Source of the DNA: an uncultured delta proteobacterium
Lineage (GTDB): Bacteria > Desulfobacterota > Binatia > Binatales > Binataceae
Assembly: GCA_963842085.1 (NCBI GenBank)
Contig: CAWJET010000001.1
Location: 2,176,001 to 2,240,000 of the forward strand
DNA length: 64,000 nt
Direction of reading: 5' to 3'
Positions 19,330 through 29,230 of the stretch are shown here, in pieces (position 1 is the first letter of the stretch; every line of letters begins with the position of its first letter). Both the position numbers and the translations under genes were made by a program. The notes beneath the pieces were generated by a model. The model was not told where the DNA came from and did no database searches. It saw only the letters and a list, made by a program, of their open reading frames with translations.

Positions 19330-19560
19330 AGGTCTGGCTCTACCGAGCTTGGCCGCACTGCCTGAAGGTGATGGTGCTGGTCAAACCGGCAACCGTGGTC
19401 CACTGGCACCGGCAAGGATTCCGCAGATACTCCATCTGTCGCTCAACAAAGACTGCCCGGATGCTCGCCCCATCCAACCGCCGAACCGCGGCAAGGTGAT
19501 CGCGATTGCGCAAGTCGGCGGGCTTCACCATCGCTAGGGAAGCTTCTCGCCGCCTGATCC
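19330..19560 (+). mobile_element. Internally deleted integrase-core (rve-type) IS transposase remnant
   Basis: N-terminal piece WLYRAWP...VKPATVVHWHRQGFR joined directly to C-terminal piece HLSLNKD...VGGLHHR. Confidence 0.7.
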
Positions 19561-19810
19561 TCTTTTGAAGGCAGCGCAATCTCGAATAGTCGCCTCTGTG
19601 TGGCGGGCTATGCCATCGCGTGCCGAATCCCGATGGCGAACGCCTACGGTACTCGCCGGAGCCCACGAATCTCACACGAGGTGGAGTTTTGCGCAGCCAC
19701 AAGAGAAATCCCCTCGGAGATGTTATCCAGCGCCTCCCCGGGGCGGCGGATCAAGTCCCGCCGGACTCTACTTATGATCTGATGGGCGTCGAGGAGCAGA
19801 CCAGCATTGG

Positions 19811-20416
19811 CTACTTTGGGGCCTGCTCTAGTGTCCAGACGACATGCCCCGCAGTGGCAATGTCGATATCGACGTGCTTAGCGACGGTGAAGAAGAGAAC
19901 GCTGGGATCTTCCAAACCCCATTCGACGTAAGGCACTGAGAAATGTGATTTCGCCACCAGGCTGTCTCCTTCGAGCCGCCCCTGAACCTCCATAACGATT
20001 TGGTGTCCCGCCCCGTGAAGCGTCAGGACTCCTTGCAGCCTTGCTTGAAACTGACCGTCTTTCTCCAACTGACCGGTAATGCGCTCGGGCGTGAGAGTGA
20101 TTTCGGGATACTTTTGAACTTCGAGAACGCTGTCCTTCATCCGGCGATCACGCGCGCCGATGCCGCTGTCACCGCTCCTCGCATCGACGATGATCGAGCC
20201 GCTGGCTGCTCCGGTACGTGGATCGGCTTTGATCATTCCATGCTCAAGCTTGAATGTCCCGTGTGTAGTATGGAGCGCGCCCGGCAAGCGAAACTCAATC
20301 AGTGTTTTTGACGGGTCTAGTTCCAGCGTTCCGGACCGCAATTCCGCTGCTGCAGCCTGATACGCAAAGGCGGCCGTGGCGAGCACGAATGCGAAAGCGC
20401 GAATGCTAGATGACAT
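19811..20416 (-). CDS. YceI family lipid/isoprenoid-binding periplasmic protein
   Basis: Signal peptide; HGTF, SGDSGIGARD, YPEI, GVLTLHG. Confidence 0.88.
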   Translation of the reverse strand: MSSSIRAFAFVLATAAFAYQAAAAELRSGTLELDPSKTLIEFRLPGALHTTHGTFKLEHGMIKADPRTGAASGSIIVDARSGDSGIGARDRRMKDSVLEVQKYPEITLTPERITGQLEKDGQFQARLQGVLTLHGAGHQIVMEVQGRLEGDSLVAKSHFSVPYVEWGLEDPSVLFFTVAKHVDIDIATAGHVVWTLEQAPK

Positions 20417-21779
20417 TTATGACGCGGCGCGCCATGCCCAGAGCTTCGGTCCAGAAGCCGGTTGAGGCATGCATCAACTCGACGGTCGATTCCATCGCGT
20501 CAACGAACTGGTCCAACTGCAATTCGCTTATCACCAGCGCAGGCGCGACCTTCAGTACCATAAAGTTGTTCCCGCAGATTTGACTGTAAATCGCCTTGTC
20601 GCGGAAAAGCCGCATCACCAGCACCTGTCCGAACATCGCAGGATGAATTCTCGAGAATGCTTCGAACAGAATTCTGAGGCGAATTTTTTTTGGCGGACGG
20701 AACTCGATGCCGGACATCATTCCGAGTCCCCGGATCTCCTTGATCATGTCGTAGTGCGAGAGGCGCGACGTCAACTTCTCGCGCAGTTGTCGTCCTAGTC
20801 GCTCGCCGCGTTCGCCCAGGTTGCCATCCGCGAGCACGTCCATCGTGGCAAGTCCGGCACGCATCGATAGGCTGTTCTCGCTATAGGTCGATGTGTGAAT
20901 GATCGAGCGCTTGAACGAAGTGTAGACGGAATTATAGACCGCATCAGACATCAGCACGGCCCCTGAAGGAACGAGTCCGCCGCTGATTGCCTTGGCCAGG
21001 ATCACCATGTCCGGTTCGACCCCGAAGTGATGCGCCGCGAGAAACGGCCCGGTGCGATACATGCCGGTTTGTACTTCATCGAGGACGAACAGCGTGCCGT
21101 AGCGCCGACATAGCGACTGTGCTTGTTCCAGATAGTTTGGTGGTGGAATCAACACTCCAGCTTCAGCCTGAATCGGTTCTACGACATACGCCGCGAACTT
21201 TCTCGACGACAGCGGCTTCTCGAGCCGCACCAGATCGCCAAATGGAACCGCTTTAGTCTCGGGAAGCAGCGGGCCGAATTCCGCCGTCCAGAAAGGATTG
21301 TCCATCAGCGACAGCGCACCGCAGGTAAGTCCGTGAAAGCCACCGCCGGCATACAAGATGCCGGCGCGACTGGTGTGCGCGCGAGCAAACTTGATAGCGG
21401 CTTCGACGCCTTCGCTTCCGGAACAGCAAAAAAACGCTTTCGACAGTCTTCCGCCACCCTGTGTGCATAGCCGCTCAGCCAGCTCACCGGCCAACTCCGG
21501 CACGTGACCTTGCAGCATCGCCGGTCCGTTGCGATCGAGTTCCGCCTTGATCGCGCGCACTACCCCAGGATGATTGTGGCCTACGTTATGAACGCAGTAG
21601 CCGGAGTTGAAATCGAGAATGCGCCGTCCATCTTCAGTGAAAAGTTCAGAGCCGAGGCAGCTCGTGTAATGCACATTCATCCCGAGTACATCGAGTAGCC
21701 GCACCCACTGCGGATTGACGTATTTCTCATACAGCGGCTGCTGTGCGGATGAGTCTTTTGCCTCTGACATCAGGTTCAT
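20406..21779 (-). CDS. Class III PLP aminotransferase (HpnO-like)
   Basis: YVNPQWVRLL N-terminus, SGSEGVEAAIKFA, FHGLT, EPIQAEAG, DEVQTG, LAKAISGG (PLP Lys). Confidence 0.88.
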   Translation of the reverse strand: MNLMSEAKDSSAQQPLYEKYVNPQWVRLLDVLGMNVHYTSCLGSELFTEDGRRILDFNSGYCVHNVGHNHPGVVRAIKAELDRNGPAMLQGHVPELAGELAERLCTQGGGRLSKAFFCCSGSEGVEAAIKFARAHTSRAGILYAGGGFHGLTCGALSLMDNPFWTAEFGPLLPETKAVPFGDLVRLEKPLSSRKFAAYVVEPIQAEAGVLIPPPNYLEQAQSLCRRYGTLFVLDEVQTGMYRTGPFLAAHHFGVEPDMVILAKAISGGLVPSGAVLMSDAVYNSVYTSFKRSIIHTSTYSENSLSMRAGLATMDVLADGNLGERGERLGRQLREKLTSRLSHYDMIKEIRGLGMMSGIEFRPPKKIRLRILFEAFSRIHPAMFGQVLVMRLFRDKAIYSQICGNNFMVLKVAPALVISELQLDQFVDAMESTVELMHASTGFWTEALGMARRVINVI

Positions 21780-21817
21780 TGTCTTCTCACCTGGAACCTT
21801 TTATTTCGTGTCGCGAG

Positions 21818-22270
21818 TCAATGCGCAGGCGCTGCCGGCGCCGAAGCCCACTGCAGGAGCGCCTGCTTCTGGTCGTCGGTTAAGCGCGCCGAATGATCGA
21901 GCGCCGTGTAATCTCCCGGAGGCATCGAGCCGGCGCTGACCGACTGTTCGATCTTCTTCAGCGCGTCCGTTTTTTTCTGCGCATCGTAAGCTTGCCAATC
22001 GGAAAAATTCAGCACCCCTCGCGCGGAGTTAGAGGCTAGATAGGTCGGCGAGACAGCCGCATACCATGGGGCGCTTCCGCCGGTCGAGTGGCACTGGTAA
22101 CACGAGCTTTCAAGGATCGCGTTCACTTGCGGGTCGGTACTAACTTCTTTCGTGGAACTCGGAGCTGTGGTCCCGGGCGTGGACGTCTGCTGAGAGCTTG
22201 AACAGCCCGCGATCAAGAGACCTAGACCTAGAAACCATGCCGTCGGAAGTAGAATTTTCAACATTAACAC
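21818..22270 (-). CDS. Haem-binding (mono-haem c) lipoprotein
   Basis: Lipobox IAGC; CYQCH; PWY, LNFSDW and MPP-xY motifs of the Haem_bd domain. Confidence 0.8.
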   Translation of the reverse strand: MLMLKILLPTAWFLGLGLLIAGCSSSQQTSTPGTTAPSSTKEVSTDPQVNAILESSCYQCHSTGGSAPWYAAVSPTYLASNSARGVLNFSDWQAYDAQKKTDALKKIEQSVSAGSMPPGDYTALDHSARLTDDQKQALLQWASAPAAPAH

Positions 22271-22275
22271 GCCTT

Positions 22276-23442
22276 CTAGTCATCGAGACTCACGAAACGG
22301 ATAAGTCCTGCGCCGAGGAAGATGATCCCAATACCCATCGTTGCCGCCAATGGCCGCAAGCTCGCGGACGGCGGCTGGTTGCGAATCATCAGATCGTTGA
22401 AAGCCTGCATGGTCCAGGTCGTCGGCATCCATCGAGCGAGGTCGCGCATCCATCCGGGCTCGAAGTCCAACGGCCACCAGCATCCGCCGATGGCCGCCAT
22501 CGCCATGCTGATGGTTACGCCCAGTGGCATGACCGAATCATGAGCGCTCGCGATAGACGCGACCACGAGTCCCAACGCCGCGGCCGCGAACGAAATCCCT
22601 ATCGTCGGTATGATCAACGCGACGGGGTTGCGTCCCAGCGTGATTCCGAACAACGCCCATCCGACGGCGAACAGCAACACCATTTGCACGATCCCCACTA
22701 TGAAACGCGCGAATAACTTCCCTAACAGCAAACCTGTAAGCGGCGCGCCACTGACCTGAAGGCGCTTTAAGGTCCCCCAATCGCGCTCGTCGAAGAGCGT
22801 CAGTGCGATTCCGAGCATCATGCCAATCAGCAGAAACGTAACGCCGAATCCCGGGACGTATTGGTCGAACGCATTTACAGTTACGGCCTCGCCCTCGATC
22901 GCGGGATACTCGACAAATCCGAGATCGCCCGGGAGCGTGAGCGGTTGCGGCGCTCCGAAAGACTCGATCTGCGTTTGCGCCGACATCCGTGCTTGTTCGG
23001 TAACTCTTCGGCACAGCTCGTCGAGACGAAGCTCGAGCGCGTTGACCTCTACGCGCCTGACGGGATCCACGAAAAGAACAATCCGAGGCTCGCTGCCCGC
23101 GGTGACCGCCGTACTGGTTCCCGCCGGAATCACCATCGCAATGGGTGTCCGATCGCGTCGATTTACGAGGCGTCGCGCTTCGTCGGGGTCATCAAGCATT
23201 TCCAAATTGACGGCGCGCTCGTTGCGCAAAGCCTCAATTATTCCATCGGCGACTTTTCCGTGATCCAGGTTAACCACGGGCAGCCGAAACGAATTCGCGG
23301 CGCCGCCGTACAGACTGCCGAGCGAGTATCCCGCGACGGTGATGATCACAACCGGCGCGAACAGCAGCATGAACAGCACGATCGGGTCCTTGACCAGGAG
23401 CCGCGCCTCGTTCTGCGTGGTGAACCAGATTGCTCGAAACAT
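22276..23442 (-). CDS. ABC-2 type exporter permease
   Basis: N-terminal TM, large extracytoplasmic loop, ERDWGTLKRL, GGCWWP. Confidence 0.88.
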   Translation of the reverse strand: MFRAIWFTTQNEARLLVKDPIVLFMLLFAPVVIITVAGYSLGSLYGGAANSFRLPVVNLDHGKVADGIIEALRNERAVNLEMLDDPDEARRLVNRRDRTPIAMVIPAGTSTAVTAGSEPRIVLFVDPVRRVEVNALELRLDELCRRVTEQARMSAQTQIESFGAPQPLTLPGDLGFVEYPAIEGEAVTVNAFDQYVPGFGVTFLLIGMMLGIALTLFDERDWGTLKRLQVSGAPLTGLLLGKLFARFIVGIVQMVLLFAVGWALFGITLGRNPVALIIPTIGISFAAAALGLVVASIASAHDSVMPLGVTISMAMAAIGGCWWPLDFEPGWMRDLARWMPTTWTMQAFNDLMIRNQPPSASLRPLAATMGIGIIFLGAGLIRFVSLDD

Positions 23443-23452
23443 CGCGATGCGC

Positions 23453-24409
23453 TCAGAGCACTTGATCGCGCAGCGTGTGGCCCGTCAGCGCGATGAACGC
23501 GTCCGACAGATTGGGGCTGTGCAGGTTGAAATCGACGACATTTACATCCAGGGTCTGAAGCCCATGGAGCACCTCGGCGACCTGCGCGAAACTGTTCATC
23601 TCGAGGATCGCTTTGCCATCACTGACGGTGGATCCTATTTCACGCACCCCGGCAAGACTGCCGAAGCGCCCGTCCGGCAACTGCCCCCGATAGGTCAGCT
23701 CAATGCGGGGGCGGCTGCCTCCGAGCGATATCACCTTCTCGAGGTCGCCTTCGGCGATTAGTTTGCCGCGATCGATCAGCAGCACGCGATCGCAAATGCG
23801 TTCCGCCTCCTCCATATAATGGGTGCTGTAAATCACCGCCGCGCCCGCATCGGCATAGCGCCGAATCCGCGCCAGCAACTGTTCGCGCGATTGGAGATCG
23901 ACACCGACCGTAGGTTCGTCCAACAGCAGCACAGGAGGACGATGAACAATTCCACAGGCGAGGTTGAGAAGGCGCTGCGTTCCGCCGGAGAACGCATGCA
24001 TAGGATCGTCAGCGCGATCGCTGAGGCCGACCTCCTCGAGCGCGCGCCTGCAGTATTCCACGGCTTGGTCGCGCGAGAGCCCCTGCATACGGGCGAAATG
24101 CCATACGTTTTGCGCGGCGCTTAGCGTCGGGTAGAGCGCGAGCGATTGCGGCACCAGCCCGAGCATGCGTCCCAGCCCGCGCGGGTCGGATTTTGGCGGC
24201 TGGCCATTGATGAGAACACGACCGCTATCGGGTCTAAGTAGAGTCGCAAGAATCGACAGCGTTGTGGTCTTGCCCGCGCCGTTGGGTCCCAGCAAGCCCG
24301 CGATTTCACCGGGCCTCACTGCAATGCTGACGCCGTCGAGCGCGCGGCGCGCGCCGTAGGTCTTTGAAATCTCGATCGCTTCGAGGATTGGCGCCCCAGC
24401 TGGATTCAT
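23453..24409 (-). CDS. ABC exporter ATP-binding subunit
   Basis: GPNGAGKT, FSGG, LLLDEPTVGVD, THYMEEAE. Confidence 0.92.
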   Translation of the reverse strand: MNPAGAPILEAIEISKTYGARRALDGVSIAVRPGEIAGLLGPNGAGKTTTLSILATLLRPDSGRVLINGQPPKSDPRGLGRMLGLVPQSLALYPTLSAAQNVWHFARMQGLSRDQAVEYCRRALEEVGLSDRADDPMHAFSGGTQRLLNLACGIVHRPPVLLLDEPTVGVDLQSREQLLARIRRYADAGAAVIYSTHYMEEAERICDRVLLIDRGKLIAEGDLEKVISLGGSRPRIELTYRGQLPDGRFGSLAGVREIGSTVSDGKAILEMNSFAQVAEVLHGLQTLDVNVVDFNLHSPNLSDAFIALTGHTLRDQVL

Positions 24410-24416
24410 TTTGGTA

Positions 24417-25568
24417 TTACGCAGCGGATACCATCATCCGCATGGCGCCGCTCATCAGCGCGCTGAATGCCCCGGGGTATCGCATCAGTGAGTTGATTAT
24501 TGTTCGCCGGGCGCGAGGATGACGCGCGACCATCAGCAGGCCGCTGGTGACGAACCAGTAACCGCGATAGACGCGGCGCGCCTCGCGTTCGTAGGCTTGC
24601 ATACTCTCCCGCGAGGCCCCGCGCTTCAGAATCTCAGGCAGATGTTTGCCGAGTATCAACGCCGAGTTGAACGCGATCGACAGCCCGTCGCCGGAAATCG
24701 AATCGACGAATCCCGCCGCGTCGCCGACCAGCACCACGCGATGGCCGTTGCGACGCTTCGCGGCGCGCGCCATCGGCCCGGCGCCCCGCACCGTTGAAAT
24801 CGTCGGCGCGTTCCCGAGCCGCGCCAATAGAGCCGGGAAGCGGCTCGAGAGGACTGGTATCTTCGGCTGCTCGATCTCTCCGTCTTCCCAGACAAAATTG
24901 ATTCCGACGCTTTCGTCGGAAACCGGAGTCACCACCGCTTCGCCCTTGTCGTCGACATAGACCTCGACGAAGTCGGTCCACGGGCGAATTCTGTAATGCT
25001 GACGAAGCGCGAACCGGCGCCGCGAGCTCGGAGCCGCCTCGAGACCGGACGCCTTTCGGAGCGACGAGTGGAGCCCGTCGGCCGCGACGATTAACCGGCC
25101 GAATACTTCCCCTTCGGTCGTGTACACCACCGCCTCGGTCGGGTTCGCCTTGAAGCCAATGACTGAACATCGATTACGCAACACCGCGCCGAGTTCCTCT
25201 GCGCGCCGAGCCAGCGCCTCGACCAGCACGGTGCGTCTGATGCCAATCCCCTGCGACGGCATCAACGCTGACGCAGCAGAACCGTCTTCCTGGACGAAGC
25301 GAATTCCGGCGAACGGATAGGAGGTCGAGCGATCGAAACGGTCAGCGATTCCAAGGCGCTCGAGAGCTTTCACACCCGGCGGCAGCACGCCTTCGCCGCA
25401 TGCCTTATCCGGCGGAAATTCGTGGCGCTCGACGACTACCACGGAGAGACCCTGCTCCGCCGCGACTATCGCGACAGCGAGTCCCGCCGGTCCGCCGCCG
25501 ACCACGACGAGATCCCATATCTCGCGCGCGGGAGCCGATGCGTAGCCGGTGGCGAGAGTGCTAGCCAC
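24417..25568 (-). CDS. FAD-dependent oxidoreductase/monooxygenase (SrsC-like)
   Basis: VVGGGPAG, DKACGEG, ADGLHS, LVGDAAG. Confidence 0.85.
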   Translation of the reverse strand: MASTLATGYASAPAREIWDLVVVGGGPAGLAVAIVAAEQGLSVVVVERHEFPPDKACGEGVLPPGVKALERLGIADRFDRSTSYPFAGIRFVQEDGSAASALMPSQGIGIRRTVLVEALARRAEELGAVLRNRCSVIGFKANPTEAVVYTTEGEVFGRLIVAADGLHSSLRKASGLEAAPSSRRRFALRQHYRIRPWTDFVEVYVDDKGEAVVTPVSDESVGINFVWEDGEIEQPKIPVLSSRFPALLARLGNAPTISTVRGAGPMARAAKRRNGHRVVLVGDAAGFVDSISGDGLSIAFNSALILGKHLPEILKRGASRESMQAYEREARRVYRGYWFVTSGLLMVARHPRARRTIINSLMRYPGAFSALMSGAMRMMVSAA

Positions 25569-25574
25569 TCAGCG

Positions 25575-26672
25575 TCACCATTGCAGCAGCACCAACTCGC
25601 CGCAGAAGCCCGGTCCCATCGACAGCAGCATTCCGTAATCACCCGGACGAGCGACGTTCGACTCCAGAAAGTCGGCGGCCACGAACAGCACCGACGCCGA
25701 GGACAGATTTCCGATCGATGCAAGCGATTTCCACGATCGTTCGAGGCTGCACCGTGGTATTTCGAGCGCCTCCTGCATCGCTTGCAGCACTTTCGGACCG
25801 CCCGTGTGAGCGATCCAGTGCTTGATATCGCGTCGCGATAGGCCGCGCTCGTCGAGAAACGAATCCGCGCCCTGCCGCAGTTTATTTCGCACGAGGTCCG
25901 GCACGCCTGCTGAGAGCACGATCTCGAAACCGGTCTCGCCGACGTGCCAGCCCATCATCCGCTCGGTGTCGTGAAAGAACATCGATTTTGACGCGACGAC
26001 CTTGGGCCGGCGAGGTCCGCCGTCTATCGCGCCGCCGCTTACAACAACCGCCGCAGCCCCATCTGCAAACAATCCAGACGCGATGATGTTCGCAATCGAC
26101 TGATCCTTCAGCTGCAGCGTCAGCGAACAGAGTTCGACTGAAACAAGCAGCGCCGTATGGCTCGGGAAACCACGCAGGTAGTCCGCAGCTCGCGCCAGTC
26201 CGGCAGCCCCGCCGACGCAACCGAGACCGAAGATGGGAGTTCGCTTTATGTCGCCGCGCATCGACAGTCGATTCACGAGTTTGGCGTCGATGCTCGGCGA
26301 TGCGATGCCCGTTACGGTAGTGAAAAAAATGTGGTCAACGTCTGCCGGCGACAGGCCTGCGCGCGCGAGCGCCGATAACGCCGCCTCTTCGCCGAGCTCG
26401 GCCGCGCGCTCCACCCACTTGTCGTTCATCTTCGAGAACGAATCGAGTGCGCGGTAGTCCTCGATCGGCAGCGCAAGGTGGCGCCCGCGCACACCGACCG
26501 ATCGATGCAGGCGTTCGAACCGGTTGCGGTCTTCTATTTTACCGCTCCACTCGTTCCAAAGGGCGGTCGAGAGAATTTCCTGAGGGTAATAGTTGGCTGG
26601 AAGCGCGAGACCGATCGATCGCAATACCGGGTGCCTCGTGCCCGGGAACTGATGCGTCACGGTGTTTTCCAT
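25575..26672 (-). CDS. Type III polyketide synthase (alkylresorcinol/alkylpyrone synthase type)
   Basis: Cys-His-Asn triad: GLGCVGG, HTGGPK, GNLSS; SVELCSL; GPGF. Confidence 0.93.
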   Translation of the reverse strand: MENTVTHQFPGTRHPVLRSIGLALPANYYPQEILSTALWNEWSGKIEDRNRFERLHRSVGVRGRHLALPIEDYRALDSFSKMNDKWVERAAELGEEAALSALARAGLSPADVDHIFFTTVTGIASPSIDAKLVNRLSMRGDIKRTPIFGLGCVGGAAGLARAADYLRGFPSHTALLVSVELCSLTLQLKDQSIANIIASGLFADGAAAVVVSGGAIDGGPRRPKVVASKSMFFHDTERMMGWHVGETGFEIVLSAGVPDLVRNKLRQGADSFLDERGLSRRDIKHWIAHTGGPKVLQAMQEALEIPRCSLERSWKSLASIGNLSSASVLFVAADFLESNVARPGDYGMLLSMGPGFCGELVLLQW

Positions 26673-27472
26673 CTCAATCGGGATTTGCGATGACGCGCTT
26701 TTTCAGCACTCCCTTTCATCTCTTCGCGGCTGATTGCCAGCGTGGTCAACAGCGGCCAGACCACGCGCGTGAGAAATACCCGGGGGCTTATTCCGGCCCC
26801 CGAACTCACCAGCCTCTGCCTATAATTCGGAATCAGACCGTCGCCGGGCATCTTGAAGTTGCAAAGGACGTAGGTCAGGTCAGCCAGGGTTTCTTCGCGG
26901 TTTTGGATTAGTTCCAACTGGAGCATGTCGCGATAGAAGCCCGCATGCGCAGCCTCGTCGCGGCCAACGTAAAGGAAGATCGCCTCCAGCACCTCGTCGC
27001 CAGCCTCGCGAGCTTTATTTCTCTGCAGGTTGTAGGCGGTAAAGGTCGCGCTCTCTTGAAGCGCGCCGTAGCAGGCCATTTGGCGAACCGTCCGAAAAGG
27101 CAATTCCCAGTGCTTTAGAAACGTCCCTGTCTCCAAAACCTCGAACTGTGCCGGCGACCGAAGACCGGAGCGGGTCAAGTATTCGCGAAAGACCAATCCA
27201 TGCCGTGATTCCTCAAAAGCCCAACAAGTTTGAAACCACGCCATCCCGAACATCGAGCGCGACAAATCGAGTCCTTGGGCACTGTAGTCCGGTACGTAGA
27301 GTTCTTCAGTGCAGAAGATCTCCACGCGGTCACCGACTTCGTCGGTTGCTTTGCTGGCGTCCAGTTTCTCCCAGGGTACGTCGTTGAAAATATTCCAGCG
27401 CCGTTTGTTCTCAGCCGTTTCGAGGAATTCGAGATAAATCCGATATGCCTGCTCGCGCATCGTTGAGGGCAT
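26657..27472 (-). CDS. Ferritin-like di-iron protein (acyl-ACP desaturase-like)
   Basis: Two ExxH motifs (EESRH, DEAAH), QESAT, FKMPG. Confidence 0.82.
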   Translation of the reverse strand: MPSTMREQAYRIYLEFLETAENKRRWNIFNDVPWEKLDASKATDEVGDRVEIFCTEELYVPDYSAQGLDLSRSMFGMAWFQTCWAFEESRHGLVFREYLTRSGLRSPAQFEVLETGTFLKHWELPFRTVRQMACYGALQESATFTAYNLQRNKAREAGDEVLEAIFLYVGRDEAAHAGFYRDMLQLELIQNREETLADLTYVLCNFKMPGDGLIPNYRQRLVSSGAGISPRVFLTRVVWPLLTTLAISREEMKGSAEKARHRKSRLRWKTP

Positions 27473-27633
27473 TGTCTCACTCGTCTTTCGGTCGAACGCG
27501 GTCGGCTCAATGAACTCGCCGGCATTCTGAACCGGAGGTCCCGACGGACCTTCAAGGCACGATTCACGTCGTCCGCGCTTGGAAGCGATGTTATCTGTAT
27601 GAAGCAAGGCGACAGCGACAGGTGCTCGTAGTT

Positions 27634-27649
27634 AGCAAACAGCCTGCCA
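27634..27649 (-). promoter_or_regulatory. Sigma-54 promoter for the desaturase-PKS operon
   Basis: Minus strand TGGCAGGCTGTTTGCT, close to consensus TGGCAC-N5-TTGCW. Confidence 0.75.
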
Positions 27650-27721
27650 TTGCTTTACGCTAGTATCGTTGGGGCAATCGCGCGGCTTCTCATCTCGGCA
27701 CCTCGACAACGACCTCGATTA

Positions 27722-27769
27722 GTTCAAAACTTTGAACATGGGAAAAATCGAACGTACAAACTTTTGAAC
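27722..27769. promoter_or_regulatory. Tandem palindromic enhancer-like sites
   Basis: GTTCAAAACTTTGAAC (27722-27737) and GTACAAACTTTTGAAC (27754-27769), 32-bp period, between two sigma-54 promoters. Confidence 0.65.
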
Positions 27770-27831
27770 GAGGAGAGTCGAGACCAGCTTCAGAACTTCA
27801 GCGATTGTTAACGAATTTTAATGTTCGATGG

Positions 27832-27847
27832 CGGCATCGCGTTTGCT
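27832..27847 (+). promoter_or_regulatory. Sigma-54 promoter for the HK-bEBP-mlaA operon
   Basis: CGGCATCGCGTTTGCT = GG-N10-GC, 38 bp upstream of the HK ATG. Confidence 0.65.
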
Positions 27848-27885
27848 CGTTAGACCACGCGGCGATTCGAAAACCCTGAACAAAG

Positions 27886-29220
27886 ATGACCGAGAACAAG
27901 CCGAGCAAGAATCTGTGGGCGCTGAACTCCCTGGCAAGCACGATCGGTGCAGGCGACTTCGCCGCAGAAGATCACGACTCATTTCGCCGTCAGGAATTCG
28001 TCTTTGCTGCTCTCAACCTCCTGCTTATCGGCGCGCTGCTCGCGCTGCAGGTAGTCTCGAGGTTCGTCCGCGGCCGGCCTGCCGCGTCCGTAATCATCGT
28101 GCTGGCCGCCGGTTTTATGATCCAGGCAGTTTACCTGACCTGGCTTCGCACGAGGAACGCGACAATTTCTCAGGGCATACGCCGGTTGCTCACTTATTGG
28201 TCTCTCGGATTCAACTCGATACTCGCGCTGGTCCTCACCTCGTTGACCATCAGGGGAGACACTGCGTACTACGCCCTGATGCTTCTTCCCATACTCGAAG
28301 CGGCTTTCAGGCTCGGCCTTGGCGTTACGATCGCAGTGATCGCGCTTGCCGACTTCATCACCTTCATGGGCGCCTACGGCATGAAATTCGGCGAGTACAT
28401 CGAAGCGGGCGCGCTCGCAGTAATTTACAGCGTGATGGGACTGCTGGTGTGGCTGCTGGTCAACAATTTGCGCACGCGCGAGGCAAAGTTCGTGCGCAAT
28501 CTCGAGGAACTCGAGCGCACCCGTCAGCAATTGCTCTCTGAGGAGAAGCTTGCCGCTGTAGGCAGATTGTCCAGGGCAATCGCGCACGAGATCCGAAATC
28601 CTGTCGCGATGATTTCCAGCTCGTTGGCTACCGCTGCCCGGCCGGGCCACGACCAAACGGAACGTGAAGAAATGTTTTCGATCGCGGCGAAAGAAGCCGA
28701 ACGTCTCGAGCGGCTCACCACCGACTTCCTGGTCTATGCGCGTCCGCGCCCCGTGCAGATCGCGCGCGTTAACCTCGCCGATACGCTGAACTACGTCGCT
28801 ACGGTTGCCAGAGCGCATGCCGCCAATGAAGGCGTAACGATCGATGTCGCGGTCGACAGCAATCTTGAGGGGGAATTCGACGCAAACCAGATGTATCAGG
28901 CGCTGCTGAACCTGGTGCTCAATGCAATCGATGCCTGCGATCGCGGCGACCTGGTGAAACTCAACGCTCAGATGAACGGAAATGGCACGATCCGAATCGA
29001 CGTGGTCGATCCGGCCGGACCGATTCCCGCGGAAATGGTAGCGCGCATTTTTGAACCGCTGTTTACTACCAAGCAGGGCGGCAACGGTCTTGGTCTCGCG
29101 ATCGCGCGCAATATCGCACGTGCTCACGGCAGCGATATCCTGTTGAGAATCAACGAACCGCAGCGGGTATGCTTTTCCCTTGAGATACCAGCGCACTCCG
29201 GGAGCCAACCTCTCGGATAG
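27886..29220 (+). CDS. Membrane-integral sensor histidine kinase
   Basis: Several N-terminal TM helices; AHEIRNP H-box; NLVLNA; FTTK; GLGL. Confidence 0.92.
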   Translation: MTENKPSKNLWALNSLASTIGAGDFAAEDHDSFRRQEFVFAALNLLLIGALLALQVVSRFVRGRPAASVIIVLAAGFMIQAVYLTWLRTRNATISQGIRRLLTYWSLGFNSILALVLTSLTIRGDTAYYALMLLPILEAAFRLGLGVTIAVIALADFITFMGAYGMKFGEYIEAGALAVIYSVMGLLVWLLVNNLRTREAKFVRNLEELERTRQQLLSEEKLAAVGRLSRAIAHEIRNPVAMISSSLATAARPGHDQTEREEMFSIAAKEAERLERLTTDFLVYARPRPVQIARVNLADTLNYVATVARAHAANEGVTIDVAVDSNLEGEFDANQMYQALLNLVLNAIDACDRGDLVKLNAQMNGNGTIRIDVVDPAGPIPAEMVARIFEPLFTTKQGGNGLGLAIARNIARAHGSDILLRINEPQRVCFSLEIPAHSGSQPLG

Positions 29221-29230
29221 GGGACAGACT

